Of a stretch of DNA of 64,000 bases, positions 1 through 13,200 are shown one piece after another (the first letter of the stretch is position 1; each line of letters starts with the position of its first letter). The translations under genes were made by a program, and so were the position numbers. The notes under the pieces were generated by a model. That model did no database searches. It saw only the letters and a program-made list of their open reading frames with translations, and had not been told where the DNA came from. The stretch is taken from NCBI GenBank assembly GCA_051313645.2, contig JBNRSN020000008.1, forward strand, positions 276,644,001 to 276,708,000, in the 5' to 3' direction. The stretch comes from Centroscyllium fabricii. Its lineage: Eukaryota.

Positions 1-3000
1 GGTTTTCACGGGACTCAGGGGGAGATGTGATCGAGTATCTGAAGACAGGACCTTGGTTTTCCCAGGACTCAGAGGGAGATGTGATCGAGTATCTGAAGAC
101 AGGACCTTGGTTTTCACCGGACTCAGAGGGAGATGTGATCGAGTATCTGAAGACAGGACCTTGGTTTTCCCAGGACTCAGAGGGAGATGTGATCTAGTAT
201 CTGAAGACAGGGCCTTGGTTTTCCCAGACTCAGAGGGAGATGTGATCTAGTATCTGAAGACAGGACCTTGGTTTTCCCGGGACTGAGGGGGTGATGTGAT
301 CGAGTATCTGAAGACAGGGCCTTGGTTTTCACTGGACTCAGGGGGAGATGTGATCGAGTATCTGAAGACAGGGCCTTGGTTTTCACTGGACTCAGGGGGA
401 GATGTGTTCGAGTATCTGAAGACAGGGCCTTGGTTTTCACAGGACTCAGGGGGAGATGTGATCGAGTATCTGAAGACAGGACCTTGGTTTTCACGGGACT
501 CAGAGGGAGATGTGATCTAGTATCTGAAGACAGGGCCTTGGTTTTCACGGGATTCAGAGGGAGATGTGATCGAGTATCTGAAGACAGGGCCTTGGTTTTC
601 ACATGACTCAGAGGGAGATGTGATCTAGTATCTGAAGACAGGGCTTTGGTTTTCCCAGGACTCAGAGGGAGATGTGATCGAGTATCTGAAGACATGACCT
701 TGGTTTTCCCAGGACTCAGAGGGAGATGTGATCTAGTATCTGAGACAGGGCCTTGGTTTTCCCAGGACTCAGAGGGAGATGTGATCTAGTATCTGAAGAC
801 AGGGCATTGGTTTTCCCAGACTCAGAGGATGATGTGATCTAGTATCTGAAGACAGGGCCTTGGTTTCCCAGACTCAGAGGGAGATGTGATCGAGTATCTG
901 AAGACAGGGCCTTGGTTTTCACGGGACTCAGGGGGAGATGTGATCGAGTATCTGAAGAGAGGGCCTTGGTTTTCCCAGGACTCAGAGGGACATGTGATCT
1001 AGTATCTGAAGACAGGGCCTTGCTTTTCCCAGGACTCAGAGGGAGATGTGATCTAGTATCTGAAGACAAGGCCTTGGTTTTCCCAGACTCAGGGGGAGAT
1101 GTGATCGAGTATCTGAAGACAGGGCCTTGGTTTTCCCAGACTCAGAGGGAGATGTGATCGAGTATCTGAAGACAGGGCGTTGGTTTTCACGGGACGCAGG
1201 GGGAGATGTGATCGAGTATCTGAAGACAGGACCTTGGTTTTCCCAGGACTCAGAGCAGATGTGATCGAGTATCTGAAGACAGGACCTTGGTTTTCACCGG
1301 ACTCAGAGGGAGATGTGATCGAGTATCTGAAGACAGGACCTTGGTTTTCCCAGGACTCAGAGGGAGATGTGATCTAGTATCTGAAGACAGGGCCTTGGTT
1401 TTCCCAGACTCAGAGGGAGATGTGATCTAGTATCTGAAGACAGGACCTTGGTTTTCCCGGGACTCAGGGGGAGATGTGATCGAGTATCTGAAGAGAGGGC
1501 CTTGGTTTTCACGGGACTGAGAGGGAGATGTGATCGAGTATCTGAAGACAGGGCCTTGGTTTTCAGCGGACTCAGGGGGAGATGTGATCGAGTATCTGAA
1601 GACAGGACCTTGGTTTTCCCGGGACTCAGACGGAGATGTGATCTAGTATCTGAAGACAGGGCCTTGGTTTTCACGGGACTCAGAGGGAGATGTGATCGAG
1701 TATCTGAAGACAGGACCTTGGTTTTCACGGGACTCAGAGGGAGATGTGATCTAGTATCTGAAGACAGGGCCTTGGTTTTCACTGGACTCAGGGGGAGATG
1801 TGATCTAGTATCTGAAGACAGGACCTTGGTTTCCCAGGGACTCAGGGGGAGATGTGATCTAGTATCTGAAGACAGGGCCTTGGTTTTCACTGGACTCAGG
1901 GGGAGATGTGATCTAGTATCTGAAGACAGGACCTTGGTTTCCCCGGGACTCAGAGGGAGATGTGATCTAGTATCTGAAGACAGGGCCTTGGTTTTCACTG
2001 GACTCAGGGGTAGATGTGATCTAGTATCTGAAGACAGGACCTTGGTTTCCCCGGGACTCAGAGGGTGATGTGATCTAGTATCTGAAGACAGGGCCTTGGT
2101 TTTCCCAGGGCTCAGAGGGAGATGTGATCGAGTATCTGAAGACAGGACCTTGGTTTTCCCAGACTCAGAGGGAGATGTGATCTAGTATCTGAAGACAGGG
2201 CCTTGGTTTTAACAGGACTCAGAGGGAGATGTGATCGAGTATCTGAAGACAGGGCCTTGGTTTTCACAGACTCAGAGGGAGATGTGATCGAATATCTGAA
2301 GACAGGGCCTTGGTTTTCCCAGACTCAGAGGGAGATGTGATCTAGTATCTGAAGACAGGGCCTTGGTTTTAACAGGACTCAGAGGGAGATGTGATCGAGT
2401 ATCTGAAGACAGGGCCTTGGTTTTCACAGACTCAGAGGGAGATGTGATCGAATATCTGAAGACAGGGCCTTGGTTTTCACTGGACTCCGAGGGAGATGCG
2501 ATCGAGTATCTGAAGACAGGGCCTTGGTTTTCCCAGGACTCAGAGGGAGATGTGATCTAGTATCTGAAGACAGGGCCTTGGTTTTCACAGACTCAGAGGG
2601 AGATGTGATCGAGTATCTGAAGACAGGGCCTTGGTTTTCACGGGACTCAGAGGGAGATGTGATCGAGTATCTGAAGACAGGACCTTGGTTTTCCCAGACT
2701 CAGAGGGAGATGTGATCTAGTATCTGAAGACAGGGCTTTGGTTTTCCCAGACTCAGAGGGAGATGTGATCTAGTATCTGAAGACAGGGCCTTGGTTTTCA
2801 CAGGACTCAGGGGGAGATGTGATCGAGTATCTGAAGACAGGGCCTTGGTTTTACCAGGACTCAGAGGGAGATGTGATCTAGTATCTGAAGACAGGGCCTT
2901 GGTTTTCACTGGACTCAGGGGGAGATGTGATCGAGTATCTGAAGACAGGGCCTTGGTTTTCACAGGACTCAGGGGGAGATGTGATCGAGTATCTGAAGAC

Positions 3001-6000
3001 AGGACCTTGATTTTCACGGGACTCAGAGGGAGATGTGATCTAGTATCTGAAGACAGGGCCTTGGTTTTCACGGGACTCAGAGGGAGATGTGATCGAGTAT
3101 CTGAAGACAGGGCCTTGGTTTTCACAGGACTCAGAGGGAGATGTGATCTAGTATCTGAAGACAGGGCCTTGGTTTTCACTGGACTCAGGGGGAGATGTGT
3201 TCGAGTATCTGAAGACAGGGCCTTGGTTTTCACAGGACCCAGGGGGAGATGTGATCGAGTATCTGAAGAGAGGACCTTGGTTTTCACGGGACTCAGAGGG
3301 AGATGTGATCTAGTATCTGAAGACAGGACCTTGGTTTTCACCGGACTCAGAGGGAGATGTGATCGAGTATCTGAAGACAGGTCCTTGGTTTTCCCAGGAC
3401 TCAGAGGGAGATGTGATCTAGTATCTGAAGACAGGGCCTTGGTTTTCCCAGACTCAGAGGGAGATGTGATCTAGTATCTGAAGACAGGACCTTGGTTTTC
3501 CCCGGACTGAGGGGGAGATGTGATCGAGTATCTGAAGACAGGGCCTTGGTTTTCACTGGACTCAGGGGGAGATGTGATCGAGTATCTGAAGACAGGGCCT
3601 TGGTTTTCACAGGACTCAGGGGGAGATGTGATCGAGTATCTGAAGACAGGGCCTTGGTTTTCCCAGGACTCAGAGGGAGATGTGATCTAGTATCTGAAGA
3701 CAGGGCCTTGGTTTTCACTGGACTCAGGGGGAGATGTGTTCGAGTATCTGAAGACAGGGCCTTGGTTTTCACAGGACTCAGGGGGAGATGTGATCGAGTA
3801 TCTGAAGACAGGACCTTGGTTTTCACGGGACTCAGAGGGAGATGTGATCTAGTATCTGAAGACAGGGCCTTGGTTTTCACGGGACTCAGAGGGAGATGTG
3901 ATCGAGTATCTGAAGACAGGGCCTTGGTTTTCACAGGACTCAGAGGGAGATGTGATCTAGTATCTGAAGACAGGGCCTTGGTTTTCCCAGGACTCAGAGG
4001 GAGATGTGATCTAGTATCTGAAGACAGGACCTTGGTTTTCGCAGGACTCAGAGGGAGATGTGATCTAGTATCTGAGACAGGGCCTTGGTTTTCCCAGGAC
4101 TCAGAGGGAGATGTGATCTAGTATCTGAAGACAGGGCCTTGGTTTTCCCAGACTCAGAGGGAGATGTGATCTAGTATCTGAAGACAGGGCCTTGGTTTCC
4201 CAGACTCAGAGGGAGATGTGATCGAGTATCTGAAGACAGGGCCTTGGTTTTCACGGGACTCAGGGGGAGATGTGATCGAGTATCTGAAGACAGGGCCCTG
4301 GTTTTCCCAGGACTCAGAGGGAGGTGTGATCTAGTATCTGAAGACAGGACCTTGGTTTTCCCAGGACTCAGAGGGAGATGTGATCTAGTATCTGAAGACA
4401 GTGCCTTGGTTTTCCCAGGACTCAGAGGGAGATGTGATCTAGTATCTGAAGACAAGGCCTTGGTTTTCCCAGACTCAGGGGGAGATGTGATCGAGTATCT
4501 GAAGACAGGACCTTGGTTTTCCCAGACTCAGAGGGAGATGTGATCGAGTATCTGAAGACAGGGCGTTGGTTTTCACGGGACTCAGGGGGAGATGTGATCG
4601 AGTATCTGAAGACAGGACCTTGGTTTTCCCAGGACTCAGAGGGAGATGTGATCGAGTATCTGAAGACAGGACCTTGGTTTTCACCGGACTCAGAGGGAGA
4701 TGTGATCGAGTATCTGAAGACAGGACCTTGGTTTTCCCAGGACTCAGAGGGAGATGTGATCTAGTATCTGAAGACAGGGCCTTGGTTTTCCCAGACTCAG
4801 AGGGAGATGTGATCTAGTATCTGAAGACAGGACCTTGGTTTTCCCGGGACTGAGGGGGTGATGTGATCGAGTATCTGAAGACAGGGCCTTGGTTTTCACT
4901 GGACTCAGGGGGAGATGTGATCGAGTATCTGAAGACAGGGCCTTGGTTTTCACTGGACTCAGGGGGAGATGTGTTCGAGTATCTGAAGACAGGGCCTTGG
5001 TTTTCACAGGACTCAGGGGGAGATGTGATCGAGTATCTGAAGACAGGACCTTGGTTTTCACGGGACTCAGAGGGAGATGTGATCTAGTATCTGAAGACAG
5101 GGCCTTGGTTTTCACGGGATTCAGAGGGAGATGTGATCGAGTATCTGAAGACAGGGCCTTGGTTTTCACATGACTCAGAGGGAGATGTGATCTAGTATCT
5201 GAAGACAGGGCTTTGGTTTTCCCAGGACTCAGAGGGAGATGTGATCGAGTATCTGAAGACATGACCTTGGTTTTCCCAGGACTCAGAGGGAGATGTGATC
5301 TAGTATCTGAGACAGGGCCTTGGTTTTCCCAGGACTCAGAGGGAGATGTGATCTAGTATCTGAAGACAGGGCATTGGTTTTCCCAGACTCAGAGGATGAT
5401 GTGATCTAGTATCTGAAGACAGGGCCTTGGTTTCCCAGACTCAGAGGGAGATGTGATCGAGTATCTGAAGACAGGGCCTTGGTTTTCACGGGACTCAGGG
5501 GGAGATGTGATCGAGTATCTGAAGAGAGGGCCTTGGTTTTCCCAGGACTCAGAGGGACATGTGATCTAGTATCTGAAGACAGGGCCTTGCTTTTCCCAGG
5601 ACTCAGAGGGAGATGTGATCTAGTATCTGAAGACAAGGCCTTGGTTTTCCCAGACTCAGGGGGAGATGTGATCGAGTATCTGAAGACAGGGCCTTGGTTT
5701 TCCCAGACTCAGAGGGAGATGTGATCGAGTATCTGAAGACAGGGCGTTGGTTTTCACGGGACGCAGGGGGAGATGTGATCGAGTATCTGAAGACAGGACC
5801 TTGGTTTTCCCAGGACTCAGAGCAGATGTGATCGAGTATCTGAAGACAGGACCTTGGTTTTCACCGGACTCAGAGGGAGATGTGATCGAGTATCTGAAGA
5901 CAGGACCTTGGTTTTCCCAGGACTCAGAGGGAGATGTGATCTAGTATCTGAAGACAGGGCCTTGGTTTTCCCAGACTCAGAGGGAGATGTGATCTAGTAT

Positions 6001-8450
6001 CTGAAGACAGGACCTTGGTTTTCCCGGGACTCAGGGGGAGATGTGATCGAGTATCTGAAGAGAGGGCCTTGGTTTTCACGGGACTGAGAGGGAGATGTGA
6101 TCGAGTATCTGAAGACAGGGCCTTGGTTTTCAGCGGACTCAGGGGGAGATGTGATCGAGTATCTGAAGACAGGACCTTGGTTTTCCCGGGACTCAGACGG
6201 AGATGTGATCTAGTATCTGAAGACAGGGCCTTGGTTTTCACGGGACTCAGAGGGAGATGTGATCGAGTATCTGAAGACAGGACCTTGGTTTTCACGGGAC
6301 TCAGAGGGAGATGTGATCTAGTATCTGAAGACAGGGCCTTGGTTTTCACTGGACTCAGGGGGAGATGTGATCTAGTATCTGAAGACAGGACCTTGGTTTC
6401 CCAGGGACTCAGGGGGAGATGTGATCTAGTATCTGAAGACAGGGCCTTGGTTTTCACTGGACTCAGGGGGAGATGTGATCTAGTATCTGAAGACAGGACC
6501 TTGGTTTCCCCGGGACTCAGAGGGAGATGTGATCTAGTATCTGAAGACAGGGCCTTGGTTTTCACTGGACTCAGGGGTAGATGTGATCTAGTATCTGAAG
6601 ACAGGACCTTGGTTTCCCCGGGACTCAGAGGGTGATGTGATCTAGTATCTGAAGACAGGGCCTTGGTTTTCCCAGGGCTCAGAGGGAGATGTGATCGAGT
6701 ATCTGAAGACAGGACCTTGGTTTTCCCAGACTCAGAGGGAGATGTGATCTAGTATCTGAAGACAGGGCCTTGGTTTTAACAGGACTCAGAGGGAGATGTG
6801 ATCGAGTATCTGAAGACAGGGCCTTGGTTTTCACAGACTCAGAGGGAGATGTGATCGAATATCTGAAGACAGGGCCTTGGTTTTCCCAGACTCAGAGGGA
6901 GATGTGATCTAGTATCTGAAGACAGGGCCTTGGTTTTAACAGGACTCAGAGGGAGATGTGATCGAGTATCTGAAGACAGGGCCTTGGTTTTCACAGACTC
7001 AGAGGGAGATGTGATCGAATATCTGAAGACAGGGCCTTGGTTTTCACTGGACTCCGAGGGAGATGCGATCGAGTATCTGAAGACAGGGCCTTGGTTTTCC
7101 CAGGACTCAGAGGGAGATGTGATCTAGTATCTGAAGACAGGGCCTTGGTTTTCACAGACTCAGAGGGAGATGTGATCGAGTATCTGAAGACAGGGCCTTG
7201 GTTTTCACGGGACTCAGAGGGAGATGTGATCGAGTATCTGAAGACAGGACCTTGGTTTTCCCAGACTCAGAGGGAGATGTGATCTAGTATCTGAAGACAG
7301 GGCTTTGGTTTTCCCAGACTCAGAGGGAGATGTGATCTAGTATCTGAAGACAGGGCCTTGGTTTTCACAGGACTCAGGGGGAGATGTGATCGAGTATCTG
7401 AAGACAGGGCCTTGGTTTTACCAGGACTCAGAGGGAGATGTGATCTAGTATCTGAAGACAGGGCCTTGGTTTTCACTGGACTCAGGGGGAGATGTGATCG
7501 AGTATCTGAAGACAGGGCCTTGGTTTTCACAGGACTCAGGGGGAGATGTGATCGAGTATCTGAAGACAGGACCTTGATTTTCACGGGACTCAGAGGGAGA
7601 TGTGATCTAGTATCTGAAGACAGGGCCTTGGTTTTCACGGGACTCAGAGGGAGATGTGATCGAGTATCTGAAGACAGGGCCTTGGTTTTCACAGGACTCA
7701 GAGGGAGATGTGATCTAGTATCTGAAGACAGGGCCTTGGTTTTCACTGGACTCAGGGGGAGATGTGTTCGAGTATCTGAAGACAGGGCCTTGGTTTTCAC
7801 AGGACCCAGGGGGAGATGTGATCGAGTATCTGAAGAGAGGACCTTGGTTTTCACGGGACTCAGAGGGAGATGTGATCTAGTATCTGAAGACAGGACCTTG
7901 GTTTTCACCGGACTCAGAGGGAGATGTGATCGAGTATCTGAAGACAGGTCCTTGGTTTTCCCAGGACTCAGAGGGAGATGTGATCTAGTATCTGAAGACA
8001 GGGCCTTGGTTTTCCCAGACTCAGAGGGAGATGTGATCTAGTATCTGAAGACAGGACCTTGGTTTTCCCCGGACTGAGGGGGAGATGTGATCGAGTATCT
8101 GAAGACAGGGCCTTGGTTTTCACTGGACTCAGGGGGAGATGTGATCGAGTATCTGAAGACAGGGCCTTGGTTTTCACAGGACTCAGGGGGAGATGTGATC
8201 GAGTATCTGAAGACAGGGCCTTGGTTTTCCCAGGACTCAGAGGGAGATGTGATCTAGTATCTGAAGACAGGGCCTTGGTTTTCACTGGACTCAGGGGGAG
8301 ATGTGTTCGAGTATCTGAAGACAGGGCCTTGGTTTTCACAGGACTCAGGGGGAGATGTGATCGAGTATCTGAAGACAGGACCTTGGTTTTCACGGGACTC
8401 AGAGGGAGATGTGATCTAGTATCTGAAGACAGGGCCTTGGTTTTCACGGG
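1..8450. repeat. Higher-order duplication, offset 4567 bp (~85 monomers): ~1-3880 repeated at ~4568-8450
   Basis: Identical ORF-track translations at constant offset (177/4744, 1357/5924, 2700/7267, 2791/7358). Shared rare variants include GGACGCAGG, CAGAGGATGAT and GGACCCAGG. Boundaries are approximate. Confidence 0.9.
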
Positions 8451-10249
8451 ATTCAGAGGGAGATGTGATCGAGTATCTGAAGACAGGGCCTTGGTTTTCA
8501 CATGACTCAGAGGGAGATGTGATCTAGTATCTGAAGACAGGGCTTTGGTTTTCCCAGGACTCAGAGGGAGATGTGATCGAGTATCTGAAGACATGACCTT
8601 GGTTTTCCCAGGACTCAGAGGGAGATGTGATCTAGTATCTGAGACAGGGCCTTGGTTTTCCCAGGACTCAGAGGGAGATGTGATCTAGTATCTGAAGACA
8701 GGGCATTGGTTTTCCCAGACTCAGAGGGAGATGTGATCTAGTATCTGAAGACAGGGCCTTGGTTTCCCAGACTCAGAGGGAGATGTGATCGAGTATCTGA
8801 AGACAGGGCCTTGGTTTTCACGGGACTCAGGGGGAGATGTGATCGAGTATCTGAAGACAGGGCCTTGGTTTTCCCAGGACTCAGAGGGACATGTGATCTA
8901 GTATCTGAAGACAGGGCCTTGCTTTTCCCAGGACTCAGAGGGAGATGTGATCTAGTATCTGAGGACAAGGCCTTGGTTTTCCCAGACTCAGGGGGAGATG
9001 TGATCGAGTATCTGAAGACAGGGCCTTGGTTTTCCCAGACTCAGAGGGAGATGTGATCGAGTATCTGAAGACAGGGCGTTGGTTTTCACGGGACTCAGGG
9101 GGAGATGTGATCGAGTATCTGAAGACAGGAACTTGGTTTTCCCAGGACTCAGAGCAGATGTGATCGAGTATCTGAAGACAGGACCTTGGTTTTCACCGGA
9201 CTCAGAGGGAGATGTGATCGAGTATCTGAAGACAGGACCTTGGTTTTCCCAGGACTCAGAGGGAGATCTGATCTAGTATCTGAAGACAGGGCCTTGGTTT
9301 TCCCAGACTCAGAGGGAGATGTGATCTAGTATCTGAAGACAGGACCTTGGTTTTCCCAGGACTCAGAGGGAGATGTGATCTAGTATCTAAAGGCAGGGCC
9401 TTGGTTTTCACAGACTCAGAGGGAGATGTGATCGAGTATCTGAAGACAGGGCCTTGGTTTTCACTGGACTCCGAGGGAGATGTGATCGAGTATCTGAAGA
9501 CAGGGCCTTGGTTTTCCCAGACTCAGAGGGAGATGTGATCTAGTATCTGAAGACAGGACCTTGGTTTTTCCCAGGACTCAGAGGGAGATGTGATCGAGTA
9601 TCTGAAGACAGGGCCTTGGTTTTCCCAGGACACAGGGGGAGATGTGATCTAGTATCTGAAGACAGGACCTTGGTTTTCCCAGGACTGAGAGGGAGATGTG
9701 ATCGAGTATCTGAAGACAGGGCCTTGGTTTCACAGGACTCAGGGGGAGATGTGATCGAGTATCTGAAGACAGGGCCTTGGTTTTCACAGACTCAGAGGGA
9801 GATGTGATCGAGTATCTGAAGACAGGGCCTTGGTTTTCCCAGACTCAGAGGGAGATGTGATCTAGTGTCTGAAGACAGGGCCTTGGTTTTCCCAGGACTC
9901 AGAGGGAGATGTGATCTAGTATCTGAAGACACGACCTTGGTTTTCACAGGACTCAGAGGGAGATGTGATCGAGTATCTGAAGACAGGGCCTTGGTTTTCA
10001 CCGGACTCTGAGGGAGATGTGATCTAGTATCTGAAGACAGGGCCTTGGTATTCACCGGACTCAGAGGGAGATGTGATCTAGTATCTGAAGACAGGGCCTT
10101 GGTTTTCACGGGACTCAGAGGGAGATGTGATCGAGTATCTGAAGACAGGGCCTTGGTTTTCACAGGACTCAGAGGGAGATGTGATCTAGTATCTGAAGAC
10201 AGGGCCTTGGTATTCCCAGGACTCAGAGGGAGATGTGATCTAGTATCTG

Positions 10250-13200
10250 AAGACAGGGCCTTGATTTTCCCAGGACTCAGAGGGAGATGTGATCTAGTAT
10301 CTGAAGACAGGACCTTGGTTTTCCCAGGACTCAGAGGGAGATGTGATCTAGTATCTGAAGACAGGACATTGGTTTTCCCAGGACTCAGAGGGAGATGTGA
10401 TCTAGTATCTGAAGACAGGGCCTTGGTTTTCCCAGGACTCAGAGAGAGATGTGATCTAGTATCTGAAGACAGGGCCTTGGTTTTCCCAGACTCAGGGGGA
10501 GATGTGATCGAGTATCTGAAGACAGGGCTTTGGTTTTCCCAGACTCAGAGGGAGATGTGATCGAGTATCTGAAGACAGGGCCTTGGTTTTCACGGGACTC
10601 AGGGGGAGATGTGATCGAGTATCTGAAGACAGGACCTTGGTTTTCCCAGGACTCAGAGGGAGACGTGATCGAGTATCTGAAGACAGGACCTTGGTTTTCA
10701 CCGGACTCAGAGGGAGATGTGATCGAGTATCTGAAGACAGGACTTTGGTTTTCCCAGGACTCAGAGGGAGATGTGATCTAGTATCTGAAGACAGGGCCTT
10801 GGTTTTCCCAGACTCAGAGGGAGATGTGATCTAGTATCTCAAGACAGGACCTTGGTTTTCCCGGGACTCAGGGGGTGATGTGATCGATAATCTGAAGACA
10901 GGGCCTTGGTTTTCACGGGACTCAGAGGGAGATGTGATCGAGTATCTGAAGACAGGGCCTTGGTTTTCATCGGACTCAGAGGGAGATGTGATCTAGTATC
11001 TGAAGACAGGACCTTGGTTTCCCCGGGACTCAGGGGGAGATGTGATCTAGTATCTGAAGACAGGGCCTTGGTTTTCCCGGGACTCAGAGGGAGATGTGAT
11101 CGAGTATCTGAAGACAGGGCCTTGGTTTTCCCGGGACTCAGAGGGAGATGTGATCGAGTATCTGAAGACAGGGCCTTGGTTTTCCCGGGACTCAGAGGGA
11201 GATGTGATCTAGTATCTGAAGACAGGACCTTGGTTTTCCCAGGACTCAGAGGGAGATGTGATCGAGTATCTGAAGACAGGGCCTTGGTTTTCCCGGGACT
11301 CAGAGGGAGATGTGATCTAGTATCTGAAGACAGGGACTTGGTTTTCAGCGGACTCAGGGGGAGATGTGATCTAGTATCTGAAGACAGGGCCTTGGTTTTC
11401 ACGGGACTCGGGGAGATGTGATCGAGTATCTGAAGACAGGGCCTTGGTTTTCACAGGACTCAGAGGGAGATGTGATCTAGTATCTGAAGACAGGACCTTG
11501 GTTTTCACGGGACTCAGAGGGAGATGTGATCGAGTATCTGAAGACAGGGCCTTGGTTTTCCCCGGGACTCAGAGGGAGATGTGATCTAGTATCTGAAGAC
11601 AGGGCCTTGGTTTTCACGGGACTCAGAGGGAGATGTGATCGAGTATCTGAAGACAGGGCCTTGGTTTTCACGGGACTCAGAGGGAGATGTGATCGAGTAT
11701 CTGAAGACAGGACCTTGGTTTTCCCAGACTCAGAGGGAGATGTGATCTAGTATCTGAAGACAGGGCTTTGGTTTTCCCAGACTCAGAGGGAGATGTGATC
11801 TAGTATCTGAAGACAGGGCCTTGGTTTTCACAGGACTCAGGGGGAGATGTGATCGAGTATCTGAAGACAGGGCCTTGGTTTTCCCAGGAGTCAGAGGGAG
11901 ATGTGATCTAGTATCTGAAGACAGGGCCTTGGTTTTCACTGGACTCAGGGGGAGATGTGATCGAGTATCTGAAGACAGGGCCTTGGTTTTCACAGGACTC
12001 ATGGGGAGATGTGATCGAGTATCTGAAGACAGGACCTTGGTTTTCACGGGACTCAGAGGGAGATGTGATCTAGTATCTGAAGACAGGGCCTTGGTTTTCA
12101 CGGGACTCAGAGGGAGATGTGATCGAGTATCTGAAGACAGGGCCTTGGTTTTCACAGGACTCAGAGGGAGATGTGATCTAGTATCTGAAGACAGGGCCTT
12201 GGTTTTCCCAGGACTCAGAGGGAGATGTGATCTAGTATCTGAAGACAGGACCTTGGTTTTCGCAGGACTCAGAGGGAGATGTGATCTAGTATCTGAGACA
12301 GGGCCTTGGTTTTCCCAGGACTCAGAGGGAGATGTGATCTAGTATCTGAAGACAGGGCCTTGGTTTTCCCAGACTCAGAGGGAGATGTGATCTAGTATCT
12401 GAAGACAGGGCCTTGGTATTCACCGGACTCAGAGGGAGATGTGATCTAGTATCTGAAGACAGGGCCTTGGTTTTCACGGGACTCAGAGGGAGATGTGATC
12501 GAGTATCTGAAGACAGGGCCTTGGTTTTCACAGGACTCAGAGGGAGATGTGATCTAGTATCTGAAGACAGGGCCTTGGTATTCCCAGGACTCAGAGGGAG
12601 ATGTGATCTAGTATCTGAAGACAGGACCTTGGTTTTCCCAGGACTCAGAGGGAGATGTGATCTAGTATCTGAGACAGGGCCTTGGTTTTCCCAGGACTCA
12701 GAGGGAGATGTGATCTAGTATCTGAAGTCAGGGCCTTGGTTTTCCCAGACTCAGAGGGAGATGTGATCTAGTATCTGAAGACAGGGCCTTGATTTTCCCA
12801 GGACTCAGAGGGAGATGTGATCTAGTATCTGAAGACAGGACCTTGGTTTTCCCAGGACTCAGAGGGAGATGTGATCTAGTATCTGAAGACAGGACATTGG
12901 TTTTCCCAGGACTCAGAGGGAGATGTGATCTAGTATCTGAAGACAGGGCCTTGGTTTTCCCAGGACTCAGAGAGAGATGTGATCTAGTATCTGAAGACAG
13001 GGCCTTGGTTTTCCCAGACTCAGGGGGAGATGTGATCGAGTATCTGAAGACAGGGCTTTGGTTTTCCCAGACTCAGAGGGAGATGTGATCGAGTATCTGA
13101 AGACAGGGCCTTGGTTTTCACGGGACTCAGGGGGAGATGTGATCGAGTATCTGAAGACAGGACCTTGGTTTTCCCAGGACTCAGAGGGAGACGTGATCGA

